DNA of 56,689 bases. Origin: an uncultured Pirellulales bacterium. GTDB taxonomy: Bacteria; Planctomycetota; Phycisphaerae; Sedimentisphaerales; Anaerobacaceae. Positions 8,281 to 16,853 of the stretch are shown here, piece after piece. A program made the position numbers and the translations under genes. Under the pieces are notes generated by a model. That model was not told the DNA's origin, made no database searches, and was given only the letters and a program-made list of their open reading frames with translations. Each line of letters begins with the position of its first letter. Position 1 is the stretch's first letter. The DNA lies in assembly GCA_964554425.1 (NCBI GenBank), contig CAZKOQ010000001.1, positions 1-56,689 of the forward strand, given 5' to 3'.

Positions 8281-9312
8281 ATGGGAAGGATATCAAGCAG
8301 CTTCTTCTGTGTATTTCGTATCGTTACGATTGCATTTTTTCTGTCTTTGCCCTGCTGCAAGAAAGAGGGACCGCTTGCTGGTGGAGAGGTAGTTTTGTAT
8401 TGTTCTGTGGACCAGGCCATTGCTGAGCCGGTCATAGCAGAGTTTGAGAGAGACAGCGGCATCAGAGTGCTCGCCCGCTATGACACCGAGGCCACTAAAA
8501 CAGTAGGATTGGTGCAGAAGATAAGGGCCGAGGCAGCAGCGCCCGTGGCCGACGTTTTCTGGTCGGGGGAAATTTTCCACACAATACGGCTGGCAAACGA
8601 GGGTTTGCTGGTCCCATACAGCAGCGAAAGAACGAAGGGATGGCCTGAAAGATTTGCCGACCCAAATGGGCAATGGTATGGATTCGGCTTGCGTGCGCGA
8701 GTGATTGCGTATAACACCAGGAAGGTTGATGCCAATGAGGCACCTCGATGTCTGGAGGATGTGCTTGATAAAAAATGGAAGGGGCGGCTGGTTATGGCTT
8801 CGCCCGAGTTCGGGACGACCGGCGGGGATGTGGCAAGCTGGTTCGCTCATTATGGAACCACGCGTGCACGAGAGATTTTGAAGGGGCTTGCGGACAACCA
8901 AGTGCGTCTTGTGTCAGGCAACAGCACCGCGGTAAGAATGGTGGCAACGGGGCAGGCAGATGTCTGCTTTACGGACACGGATGATGTTTACGCTGCTTGG
9001 CGGAACGGCTGGCCTGTGGCGATGAATTACCTTGACCAGGGCGGCGACGGTGCGCTGGCAATTCCCAATACAGCGGCTTTTATCAAAAGAGCAGCACATC
9101 CGGAGCAGGCCGCCAGATTGATGGATTTTCTGCTTAGCGAGCGGCTGGAAGAAATTCTTGTGCTCAGCGACTCGCACAACTGCCCGGTGCGTGTATCTGT
9201 GGCGCAGCAGCACAAAGCTTACATTATTGTAAAGCAACTGTTCATTAAATACGAAGATGTGGCGGGGCAGCTGCGAACGGCCATCGAGGCAGCAAGGGAG
9301 ACTCTGCGGTGA
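8281..9312 (+). CDS. ABC importer substrate-binding protein (Fe3+/thiamine FbpA/AfuA-like type)
   Basis: 343 aa with a hydrophobic leader. The N-terminal pattern VVLYCSVDQAIAEPVIAEFERDSGIRV...ADVFWSGE is typical of FbpA/ThiB-type binding proteins. Confidence 0.8.
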   Translation: MGRISSSFFCVFRIVTIAFFLSLPCCKKEGPLAGGEVVLYCSVDQAIAEPVIAEFERDSGIRVLARYDTEATKTVGLVQKIRAEAAAPVADVFWSGEIFHTIRLANEGLLVPYSSERTKGWPERFADPNGQWYGFGLRARVIAYNTRKVDANEAPRCLEDVLDKKWKGRLVMASPEFGTTGGDVASWFAHYGTTRAREILKGLADNQVRLVSGNSTAVRMVATGQADVCFTDTDDVYAAWRNGWPVAMNYLDQGGDGALAIPNTAAFIKRAAHPEQAARLMDFLLSERLEEILVLSDSHNCPVRVSVAQQHKAYIIVKQLFIKYEDVAGQLRTAIEAARETLR

Positions 9313-11801
9313 CAGGCGAGAGAATTTTGTCACGGCTGACGACAGTAATATGTCTGGCTCTTTGGGCAGCGGTGATTTTTTTGCCTCTAGCATTTCTTTT
9401 TGGACAGGCGTTGTCGGCAAGTCCGGGATTTAATGTGGCTGCTCGCATTTTCCCTTTCTTGTTTCGCTCCTTTGTGCTGGCGTCTGTTATTGCGGCGACG
9501 GCAGTGCTGTTGGGTTGGAGCTGCGGGCGGCTGCTTGGAACCAGTCGCAGCAATAAAGACCTGCTTTTATTGCTGCTTTTGACGCCGCTTGTTTTGCCGC
9601 AGTATGTGCTTTATTATGCGTGGACACTACTATTAACCCCAACGACCGGTCTGGGCAGCTATCTTGCGGCTAAGGGGGAGCTTGCCAGGTATATAGGCAC
9701 ATTTACGTCTTTGTCGGTCTTGATTCTCTGGTATTGGCCATTGGCTTCCCTTTTGATTGCCCAGGGGTGGCGAAACATCGACAGGGGGATATGGGATTGT
9801 GCATCTCTTGATGTGGGGGGCTTTAAGCTGTTTAGATACGTTGAATTACCGTTACTTAGGCAAGCTTTGCTTTTGGCTTTCGGGGCGTGCTTTGCTCTGT
9901 CGCTGTCGGAGTTTGCGACGTTTCATCTTGCCGGTGTTCATACCATCGGGACAGAGTTGGCCGTTCTTTACGAGCTTACCGGGTCTGAAAGCTGTGTCGC
10001 CAGAGCGGGCTGGCCGGTAACGGTAGTATCTTTGATAGTCGCGATTGGTCTTGGAAAAAGTTTGCCTTCCTGGATTTCATCCGAGCCGGCAATCGAACAG
10101 GTTAAATTCAGAACCGCCAGGAGTGGATGGGCCGTGTTACTTACATTACTGGGGATTTCTGTGGGGGCGCCGGTGGCGGTGCTTATCTATAATGTTACCG
10201 GCACGCAAGCGTTTAAAGAGTTTCTTACGTTGCACATCGAGGAATTGAGCTGGTCGCTGATAGTAGCGGTCGTGTCGGCAGTGATAGCATACCTGATTGC
10301 GCGCGGCGCGTTATCGTTGGAAAGGAGTGAGAAATCCGGCAGCGATGTCCGTGGCGCGTTGGGACTGCGGGAGGTTTTCGGCTTTGTGGTCCGAGGGACG
10401 ATATTTCTTGCTATGTTCGCTCCGGCTTCGGTGGTCGCGGTCTCAATGCTTAAAATGTTAGCTTGTTTAGGCGTCCCTGCCGAGTGGCGACAGAATTGGT
10501 TGATTGTGTCGGCGGGGCAGGCGAGCCGGTTCGCCGGCGTTGCTTTAATTTTGCTACTTATGATGCGGCATCCTTACGAAAAAACCCTCGCAGAGATGGC
10601 TTCGCTGGACGGGGCCTCACGACTGAAAACCTGGTGGTATGTGCAATTGCCGCAGTCCTGGCCGATATTCGTGGGGACGTTTATCCTGTTGATTATGTTC
10701 AGCATCACCGAGTTACCGGCAACAATGGTGCTGCTGCCGGCAGGACTGCCGAACTTTGCGCAGCGATTGCTTAACCAGATGCACTATGCGCGCGACCAGC
10801 AGGTTATTGCATCGTGTTTGGTGTTGATTTGCTTATTTATAGTCCTGGCTGCCGCAGTGGTGCTAATAATGCGCATGATGCGAAGCCGGCAACGGATTGC
10901 AGTCCTAATAGTATGTGCGGCGGTCCTCGGCCTGACAGGTTGCGGTCGGCGGAGCCGCGTGCCGAATGTAGTTGGGGCGTTTGGACGAACCGGCAGCGGG
11001 CCGGGTGAGTTCGTCTATCCCCGCGTGATTGAGATTGCTGCTGACGGCTCCATTTTTGTCGTGGACAAAACCGGCAGAATTCAGCACTTAACTACGGAGG
11101 GAAATTGTCTGGCTGTGTTTAATATGCCCAAGGTCGAAGCAGGCAAGCCAACGGGGCTGACTATTGGTCCGGACGGAAAGCTGTATGTGGCAGACACGCA
11201 TTACCATCGCGTAGTCATTTTTTCGTCGGATGGGAAAATAATAGGCGAATTCGGAAAATTCGGACAGGAAAACGGATGCTTTATATATCCTACGGATGTT
11301 GCATTTTCGGGGGACGGAAAAACCTATGTGAGCGAATACGGCGGCAATGATAGAGTCAGTGTGTTTAACGAACAAGGCGATTTTTTGTATAGCTTCGGCA
11401 GCCCCGGCGGTGGGAGCGGACAACTTTCGCGGCCATCGGCGCTGAGTGTCGATTTGTTGCGGAAGCGGCTTTATGTCACTGATGCCTGTAATCATCGAAT
11501 CGCTATTTATACTTTTGACGGTCACTTGCAGGGATACATTGGCTCGGTAGGCACAGCGCCCGGCGAGTTAAGGTATCCTTATGATGTTACGCTTTTGCCG
11601 GATGGGACACTCGTTGTTTGCGAATTCGGCAACAACCGGATACAATTATTTAGTCCGGAAGGTCAGAGCATAGCGGTGTATGGGCGTGCAGGGCGGCAGT
11701 TGGGGGAGCTGGCATATCCCTGGGGCGTAGTGGTTGACGGGCGACGGCGCGCCTTCATTGTTGATGCAGGCAATAATCGGATTCAGGTATGGCAGCTATG
11801 A
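9309..11801 (+). CDS. double-module ABC importer permease fused to a C-terminal six-bladed NHL-repeat domain
   Basis: 830 aa. The GTG start overlaps the upstream stop (GTGA). Residues 1-520 are polytopic, with two permease modules (LSLSEFATFHLAG; FSITELPATMVLLPAG). Residues 521-545 look like a lipoprotein signal (MRMMRSRQRIAVLIVCAAVLGLTGC). Six NHL-like blades follow (YPRVIEIAADGSIFVVD, PTGLTIGPDGKLYVAD, YPTDVAFSGDGKTYVSE, PSALSVDLLRKRLYVTD, YPYDVTLLPDGTLVVCE, YPWGVVVDGRRRAFIVD). Confidence 0.85.
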   Translation: MTGERILSRLTTVICLALWAAVIFLPLAFLFGQALSASPGFNVAARIFPFLFRSFVLASVIAATAVLLGWSCGRLLGTSRSNKDLLLLLLLTPLVLPQYVLYYAWTLLLTPTTGLGSYLAAKGELARYIGTFTSLSVLILWYWPLASLLIAQGWRNIDRGIWDCASLDVGGFKLFRYVELPLLRQALLLAFGACFALSLSEFATFHLAGVHTIGTELAVLYELTGSESCVARAGWPVTVVSLIVAIGLGKSLPSWISSEPAIEQVKFRTARSGWAVLLTLLGISVGAPVAVLIYNVTGTQAFKEFLTLHIEELSWSLIVAVVSAVIAYLIARGALSLERSEKSGSDVRGALGLREVFGFVVRGTIFLAMFAPASVVAVSMLKMLACLGVPAEWRQNWLIVSAGQASRFAGVALILLLMMRHPYEKTLAEMASLDGASRLKTWWYVQLPQSWPIFVGTFILLIMFSITELPATMVLLPAGLPNFAQRLLNQMHYARDQQVIASCLVLICLFIVLAAAVVLIMRMMRSRQRIAVLIVCAAVLGLTGCGRRSRVPNVVGAFGRTGSGPGEFVYPRVIEIAADGSIFVVDKTGRIQHLTTEGNCLAVFNMPKVEAGKPTGLTIGPDGKLYVADTHYHRVVIFSSDGKIIGEFGKFGQENGCFIYPTDVAFSGDGKTYVSEYGGNDRVSVFNEQGDFLYSFGSPGGGSGQLSRPSALSVDLLRKRLYVTDACNHRIAIYTFDGHLQGYIGSVGTAPGELRYPYDVTLLPDGTLVVCEFGNNRIQLFSPEGQSIAVYGRAGRQLGELAYPWGVVVDGRRRAFIVDAGNNRIQVWQL

Positions 11802-14800
11802 TGTATTCTTACGGTCTATATTTTGGCCAGCCGTGGTGGCTGCTGGGGCTTGTGCTGCTGGCGCCGATTGTCTGGCTGGGATGGAGGAATCTTGCCGCGC
11901 TGGGTTGGTTGAGGCGAATACTTGCTATTGTTTTTCGCTGTGTAGTGGTGTTTATTTTGGTTGTGCTATTGGCCAGACCGATGCTTACAAGGGAGAGCCG
12001 GCATCTTACGTTGATTACTGTAATCGACCGAAGTCAATCCATCCCTTCTGGGCTTCAGAAGGCGACTCTGGATTATCTGGCGATGGCGCTGTCCGGCAAG
12101 GTTGCTGGCGACCAGTTGGCGGTTGTTGATGTAGCCGAGGCGGCAAGCATCTCCAAATTGCCCTGTGGCGATATCACAATCCGACAGCGAAATACGACGC
12201 TAACAGGAGAACAGACTAAGTTATCCGACGGAATTCAGATGGCTATGGCGATAGCGCCGCCGGATACGGCGGTCAGAATTTTGCTGGCCAGCGAGGGTAA
12301 TGAGACTGTCGGTGACCTGAAGGAGGCAGCTCGTTCGGCAGCCGCCAACGGCATTCCAATCGACGTGCTGGCTGTGCGTTACGAATACGAAAAGGAGGTG
12401 GTATTGAACCGGCTGGTCGCCCCAAGCAGGGCAAGAAGCGGACAGATGATTTCATTACGGTTTGTTCTCAACAGCACGGCTGCCGCAAGCGGCAAACTGC
12501 TGCTGAACCTAAACGACAAGCCCATTGACCTTGCGCCTGACTCCGAAGAGGTTGCTATGGCGGTAGATTTGAAGCCGGGCACCAACGTGCAAACAATATC
12601 GGTACCCGTCGGCACTCGAGGAATGCACGAGTTCGAGGCGGTATTCATACCTGATGACCCAAGCCAGGACCGGATTGCTCAAAACAACCGCGCCAGCGCA
12701 ATCACTTACGTTGCCGGGCCGGGACACGTCCTTATTGTTGATATGGATGGTCTGGCAGGTGCATCCTTAAACAGGGCGATTCAGAATTCGGATATGGATA
12801 TTCGATATTTACCGGCGTCTGATTTGCCCGATGATTTAGCCAAGCTAATGGATACGGACGCAGTGATTCTGGTAGATACCGACTGCGGCAATTTCACCTA
12901 TCAGCAGCAGGAGATGCTACGCCGCTATGTTACCGACCTGGGCGGCGGGCTGGTTATGGTAGGAGGGCCTCGGTCGTTTGGAGCAGGCGGATGGATTGGC
13001 TCGCCTGTGGCGGAGGTTCTTCCCGTGGATTTGGACCCGCCACAGAAAAAACAACTGCCCAAAGGGGCTTTGGTTCTGATTATGCACGCCTGCGAGATGC
13101 CGCAGGGCAATTACTGGGGCAAGAAGGTTGCCATAGCCGCGGTAAAGACATTGAGCCGGATGGACCTGGTGGGCGTGCTGGCTTACAACTGGCAAGGGGG
13201 GGGCGATTGGGTATTTCCTCTTGCACCTGTCGGCGATAAGGAGGCGATTATATCGGCGCTGGAGCAGATGCAGATGGGCGATATGCCGGACCTCGGCGCT
13301 CACCTGCAGGCAGCTTATGACAAGCTAAAGGGCTGCGATGCCGCCCAAAAACATATAATTGTCATAAGCGATGGCGACCCGGCTGGGCCCAGTGACAATC
13401 TGCTCACTGGGCTTCGCCAGGCCGGGATTACCTGCACGGGTGTTGGCGTTTTCCCACATTCACCTGCCGACATCCAGAGCTTGATGCGTGTGGCACAGGC
13501 AACCGGCGGACGGTTTTATGATGTCAAGGACCCCCAGAAATTGCCTCAGATATTTATCAAGGAGGCCCAGGTTGTAAAACGCGCCCTGATTATCGAGGAG
13601 ACCTTCACTCCGGATGTAACGTATTCTCTGAGCGAAATTGTGAAGGGTTTGTCCGGTGTGCTGCCCAAGCTCGATGGTTACGTCATTACGGGGCCTAAAG
13701 GAGGACTTAGTCAGGTCATTTTAGATAGTCACCAGAAAGACCCTATTCTGGCCTCCTGCCAGGCCGGGCTTGGGCGATGTGTGGCCTTTACCAGTTCGGT
13801 TGATAGCCGATGGGCTTCCGGCTGGCTACAGTGGAGCGGCTTTACATCGTTCTGGGAACAGGCGGTCCGGTGGGCTGCCAGGCCGTCCCAGACATCCGAC
13901 TGTGAGGTTTTTGCGGATGTTCAGGGTCGGCAGGTGAATGTCAGCGTGGAAGCAGTGGATGCTGAGGGCAAGTTCGTGCAATTTGCAAACGTTGATGGGC
14001 AGGTAATTACACCGGATATGTCGGCGCAGCGGCTGGAATTAGTGCAAACCGGACCCGGACAGTATCAAGGACAGTTTCAGGCGGCAGGTTCGGGCAGTTT
14101 CATTGTTAATTTGCAATATAAAAAATTGGGTCAGGGCGCTGCGACGCAAATCAGTCACACGACCGTTACAATCCCCTTTGCGCCAGAATTTCGCGACCTT
14201 CGAGATAATGCGCCACTGCTTGCGGAGGTTAGCGAGATGACGGGCGGGCGAATTTTGGGGCCGGACCCCAATCAGGCGAATCTTTTTGACTACGCGGGGC
14301 TAAAGTTTCCCGTCAGCCAGCTGCCGCTGCTAAAACCGCTGATGTTAGTATGGCTGGCATTGTTTTTATTTGATGTGGCGATTCGACGAGTGGTTGTGGA
14401 TGTCAGGGCGATAGGACGGAAGATTGTTGCACTCGCGCGGCTGATACGCGGCGAGCGTAAGGTTGACCAGACCCTTGAACGGCTGCGGCTGAGGCACGAG
14501 AAAATTCGCCGGCAGCTTCTGGTTCGTCCAGCCGACAGCACCGCCGGGAGACGATATGAGCCGAGCAAGGAATACCAGGGCGACCGGCTGAAAGCCGGCT
14601 TGATCACACCTGCCCCCGGCGGGCCTGAGGCGGAGCTTGCAAAGCAAACAAAACCACCTGAGGAGAAGAAGCCCCAGAAGCCACCGCTGGCAGAGAAAAA
14701 GCCGGAGCTGGAAAGCCCACATATTGAACGGCTGCTGCGGGCCAAGCGAAAGGCGATGAACCGTCGTCACAGTGAAAATAAAGGAGATAACAAACAGTTG

Positions 14801-14806
14801 CCTTAG
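11789..14806 (+). CDS. large membrane-anchored vWA-domain protein (BatA_N-like N-terminus)
   Basis: 1005 aa. It has an N-terminal double-TM (WWLLGLVLLAPIVWLG...VVVFILVVLLARP) and a vWA domain with a DxSxS MIDAS motif (VIDRSQS). A GATase1-like module follows (AVILVDTDCGNF...GGGLVMVGGPRSFG), then a second vWA-like region without DxSxS, a late TM helix and a Lys/Pro/Glu-rich tail. The alternative ATG at 11798 forms an ATGA overlap with the upstream stop. Confidence 0.85.
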   Translation: MAAMMYSYGLYFGQPWWLLGLVLLAPIVWLGWRNLAALGWLRRILAIVFRCVVVFILVVLLARPMLTRESRHLTLITVIDRSQSIPSGLQKATLDYLAMALSGKVAGDQLAVVDVAEAASISKLPCGDITIRQRNTTLTGEQTKLSDGIQMAMAIAPPDTAVRILLASEGNETVGDLKEAARSAAANGIPIDVLAVRYEYEKEVVLNRLVAPSRARSGQMISLRFVLNSTAAASGKLLLNLNDKPIDLAPDSEEVAMAVDLKPGTNVQTISVPVGTRGMHEFEAVFIPDDPSQDRIAQNNRASAITYVAGPGHVLIVDMDGLAGASLNRAIQNSDMDIRYLPASDLPDDLAKLMDTDAVILVDTDCGNFTYQQQEMLRRYVTDLGGGLVMVGGPRSFGAGGWIGSPVAEVLPVDLDPPQKKQLPKGALVLIMHACEMPQGNYWGKKVAIAAVKTLSRMDLVGVLAYNWQGGGDWVFPLAPVGDKEAIISALEQMQMGDMPDLGAHLQAAYDKLKGCDAAQKHIIVISDGDPAGPSDNLLTGLRQAGITCTGVGVFPHSPADIQSLMRVAQATGGRFYDVKDPQKLPQIFIKEAQVVKRALIIEETFTPDVTYSLSEIVKGLSGVLPKLDGYVITGPKGGLSQVILDSHQKDPILASCQAGLGRCVAFTSSVDSRWASGWLQWSGFTSFWEQAVRWAARPSQTSDCEVFADVQGRQVNVSVEAVDAEGKFVQFANVDGQVITPDMSAQRLELVQTGPGQYQGQFQAAGSGSFIVNLQYKKLGQGAATQISHTTVTIPFAPEFRDLRDNAPLLAEVSEMTGGRILGPDPNQANLFDYAGLKFPVSQLPLLKPLMLVWLALFLFDVAIRRVVVDVRAIGRKIVALARLIRGERKVDQTLERLRLRHEKIRRQLLVRPADSTAGRRYEPSKEYQGDRLKAGLITPAPGGPEAELAKQTKPPEEKKPQKPPLAEKKPELESPHIERLLRAKRKAMNRRHSENKGDNKQLP

Positions 14807-14818
14807 GAGACAAATAAT

Positions 14819-15844
14819 ATGCCAGAAACAGGAAAAGATGTTGAGAAGCAGTGCCAGGACTTTCGTGAAATGTTCCAGTCGCTGCGCAGCGAAATCGGCA
14901 AGGTTATCGTCGGCTATGAGGGTCTTGTCGATAATGTCCTGATAGCGCTCTTTTGCGGCGGGCACGTTCTGCTGGAAGGCGTGCCGGGGCTGGGCAAGAC
15001 GCTATTAGTGCGGACGATGAGTTCAGTGTTTTCAATGGAGTTCAGGCGGATTCAGTTCACGCCCGACCTGATGCCGGCGGACATTATCGGGACGAACATT
15101 GTTATGGAAGACCAGGCGACAGGCAGGCGGCAATTCCAGTTCCAGCGAGGGCCTATCTTCGGACAGATTATTCTGGCGGATGAGATTAACCGCGCTACGC
15201 CGAAGACGCAGTCAGCTACGCTGGAGGCGATGCAGGAGCACTCTGTTACCAGCGGCGGATGTTCGTGGAAATTGCCTGAGCCGTTTATGGTCCTGGCAAC
15301 TCAAAATCCGATTGAGCAGGAAGGCACATATCCTCTTCCTGAAGCCCAGTTGGACCGCTTCTTCTTCAAATTGCTTGTGCCATATAGCAATCGGGAGGAG
15401 CTTCGGGCTATTATCGAACGGACAACAACAGGACAGGAGCCAAAGGCACAGCCAATTGTCGGCACAGAGCGGATAATTGAGGCGCAGAAATTAGTCAGGC
15501 GCGTTGTTATTGCAGAGCACGTGCAGGATTATGCGATTCGGCTGGTGTTAGCCACGCATCCGGGCGGAGAGTTTGCCTCTGAGGTTACGAACCGTTATGT
15601 CCGTTACGGCTCATCGCCTCGCGGCGTCCAGGCGCTTGTCCTGGCAGGCAAGGTGCGAGCGATGCTTGATGGGCGTTATCACGTCAGCTTCTCCGACATC
15701 GAGGCGTCGGTGCTGCCCGGTATTCGCCACCGTCTTTTATTGAACTTTGAAGGCCAGGCGGAAGGAATAAAGACAGATGACGTGCTCAATAAGATACTCC
15801 AGACCACTCCCAAAACGCTGGAGCAGCAACTGAATGTTCCATAG
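14819..15844 (+). CDS. MoxR-family AAA+ ATPase
   Basis: 341 aa. It has Walker A GVPGLGKT, Walker B IILADEINRA and the MoxR-typical RIQFTPDLMPADIIG and ATQNPIEQEGTYPLPEAQLDRF segments. An AGGAGA lies 8 nt upstream. Confidence 0.95.
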   Translation: MPETGKDVEKQCQDFREMFQSLRSEIGKVIVGYEGLVDNVLIALFCGGHVLLEGVPGLGKTLLVRTMSSVFSMEFRRIQFTPDLMPADIIGTNIVMEDQATGRRQFQFQRGPIFGQIILADEINRATPKTQSATLEAMQEHSVTSGGCSWKLPEPFMVLATQNPIEQEGTYPLPEAQLDRFFFKLLVPYSNREELRAIIERTTTGQEPKAQPIVGTERIIEAQKLVRRVVIAEHVQDYAIRLVLATHPGGEFASEVTNRYVRYGSSPRGVQALVLAGKVRAMLDGRYHVSFSDIEASVLPGIRHRLLLNFEGQAEGIKTDDVLNKILQTTPKTLEQQLNVP

Positions 15845-15863
15845 GCCGCGCCAATTAACCAAT

Positions 15864-15898
15864 AGTAAGTGGTGAGTAGTGAGTGGTGAGAGGTAATG
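15864..15898 (+). repeat. imperfect heptanucleotide tandem repeat (5 units)
   Basis: AGTAAGT GGTGAGT AGTGAGT GGTGAGA GGTAATG. It fills most of the 62-nt spacer between moxR and the DUF58 gene and contains three GGTGA (SD-variant) motifs. Confidence 0.55.
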
Positions 15899-15906
15899 AG
15901 CAAAAT

Positions 15907-16821
15907 ATGAACCCTGCTGATGAAACAACTTCACGAAAACGGCTGACGGACTTGCTTGAGCCGGAATTTATGAATCGGTTAGATGCGCTCGACGTCCTGA
16001 GCCGCAAGATACTGCAGGGCAAACTCGCCGGCGAGCGCCGCTCCAAAAAACGAGGGCAGAGCGTAGAGTTTGCCGACTATCGTCCTTACGTTGTGGGAGA
16101 CGACCTGAGGTTCGTGGACTGGAACATATACGGTCGGCTGGAACAACTATTTTTGAAGCTGTTCTTAGAGGAGCAGGACCTTACGGTTCACATACTGGCA
16201 GATGCGAGCGCTTCGATGGGCGAAGGGGAGCCATCGAAGGAGCGTTTTATAAAGAAGCTGACTGCTGCGCTTGGCTATGTCAGCATTGTCAATAATAACA
16301 GGGTAACTGTCAGCATGTTTGCAGACGGCATAAAGGGGCAGCTTGCGAATATGCGAGGCCGGCACTATCTGCAACAGATGGCTGAGCTTCTTTTGACAGC
16401 CGAGTGCGAGGGGCAGTCGCAGTTCGAGGAATCTTGTCGGCAGCTGGTTGCAGGGCGAATCGGCTCAGGCGTGATGATTGTGCTGAGTGATTTTTTATTC
16501 AAGCAGGGTTACGATTCAGGACTGCGGCGGCTTTTGAGCGGTCAGTTCGACCTCTATGTAATCCAGGTGCTTTGCCCGCAGGAGCTATCTCCGACTTTGT
16601 CGGGGGACTTGAAGCTAATTGACATTGAGGATGGTGACGCCGCGGAGGTTACTATAAGCGGGGCGCTCTTGAACTACTATAAACGAAATATTAGGGCGTA
16701 TTGCAATGAATTGAAGGATTTCTGCACCCGCCGCGGGGCGGCCTATGTGCTTGCAAATTCTGTGGACTCGGTCGAGTCGCTGGTGCTTAATTACCTTCGG
16801 CGTATTCGTCTGCTTCGTTAG
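15907..16821 (+). CDS. DUF58 domain protein (MoxR partner, vWA-like)
   Basis: The ATG at 15907 is chosen; the ORF track opens at the GTG at 15883. The segment GERRSKKRGQSVEFADYRPYVVGDDLRFVDWN is the DUF58 signature. There is a DxSxS motif (LADASAS). Confidence 0.9.
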   Translation: MNPADETTSRKRLTDLLEPEFMNRLDALDVLSRKILQGKLAGERRSKKRGQSVEFADYRPYVVGDDLRFVDWNIYGRLEQLFLKLFLEEQDLTVHILADASASMGEGEPSKERFIKKLTAALGYVSIVNNNRVTVSMFADGIKGQLANMRGRHYLQQMAELLLTAECEGQSQFEESCRQLVAGRIGSGVMIVLSDFLFKQGYDSGLRRLLSGQFDLYVIQVLCPQELSPTLSGDLKLIDIEDGDAAEVTISGALLNYYKRNIRAYCNELKDFCTRRGAAYVLANSVDSVESLVLNYLRRIRLLR

Positions 16822-16853
16822 TGCAAATGGGTGCTTAGTAGGAGCGCTGAGTT

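Noticed and set aside
8293-8901. A 202-aa minus-strand ORF. Similar antisense ORFs occur at 11088-11525, 14290-14965, 17651-18046, 21635-22204, 24519-25073, 26736-27170 and 29030-29653.
   Set aside because: All of them are embedded antisense in genes with strong family signatures, and none has recognisable motifs. They are shadow ORFs.
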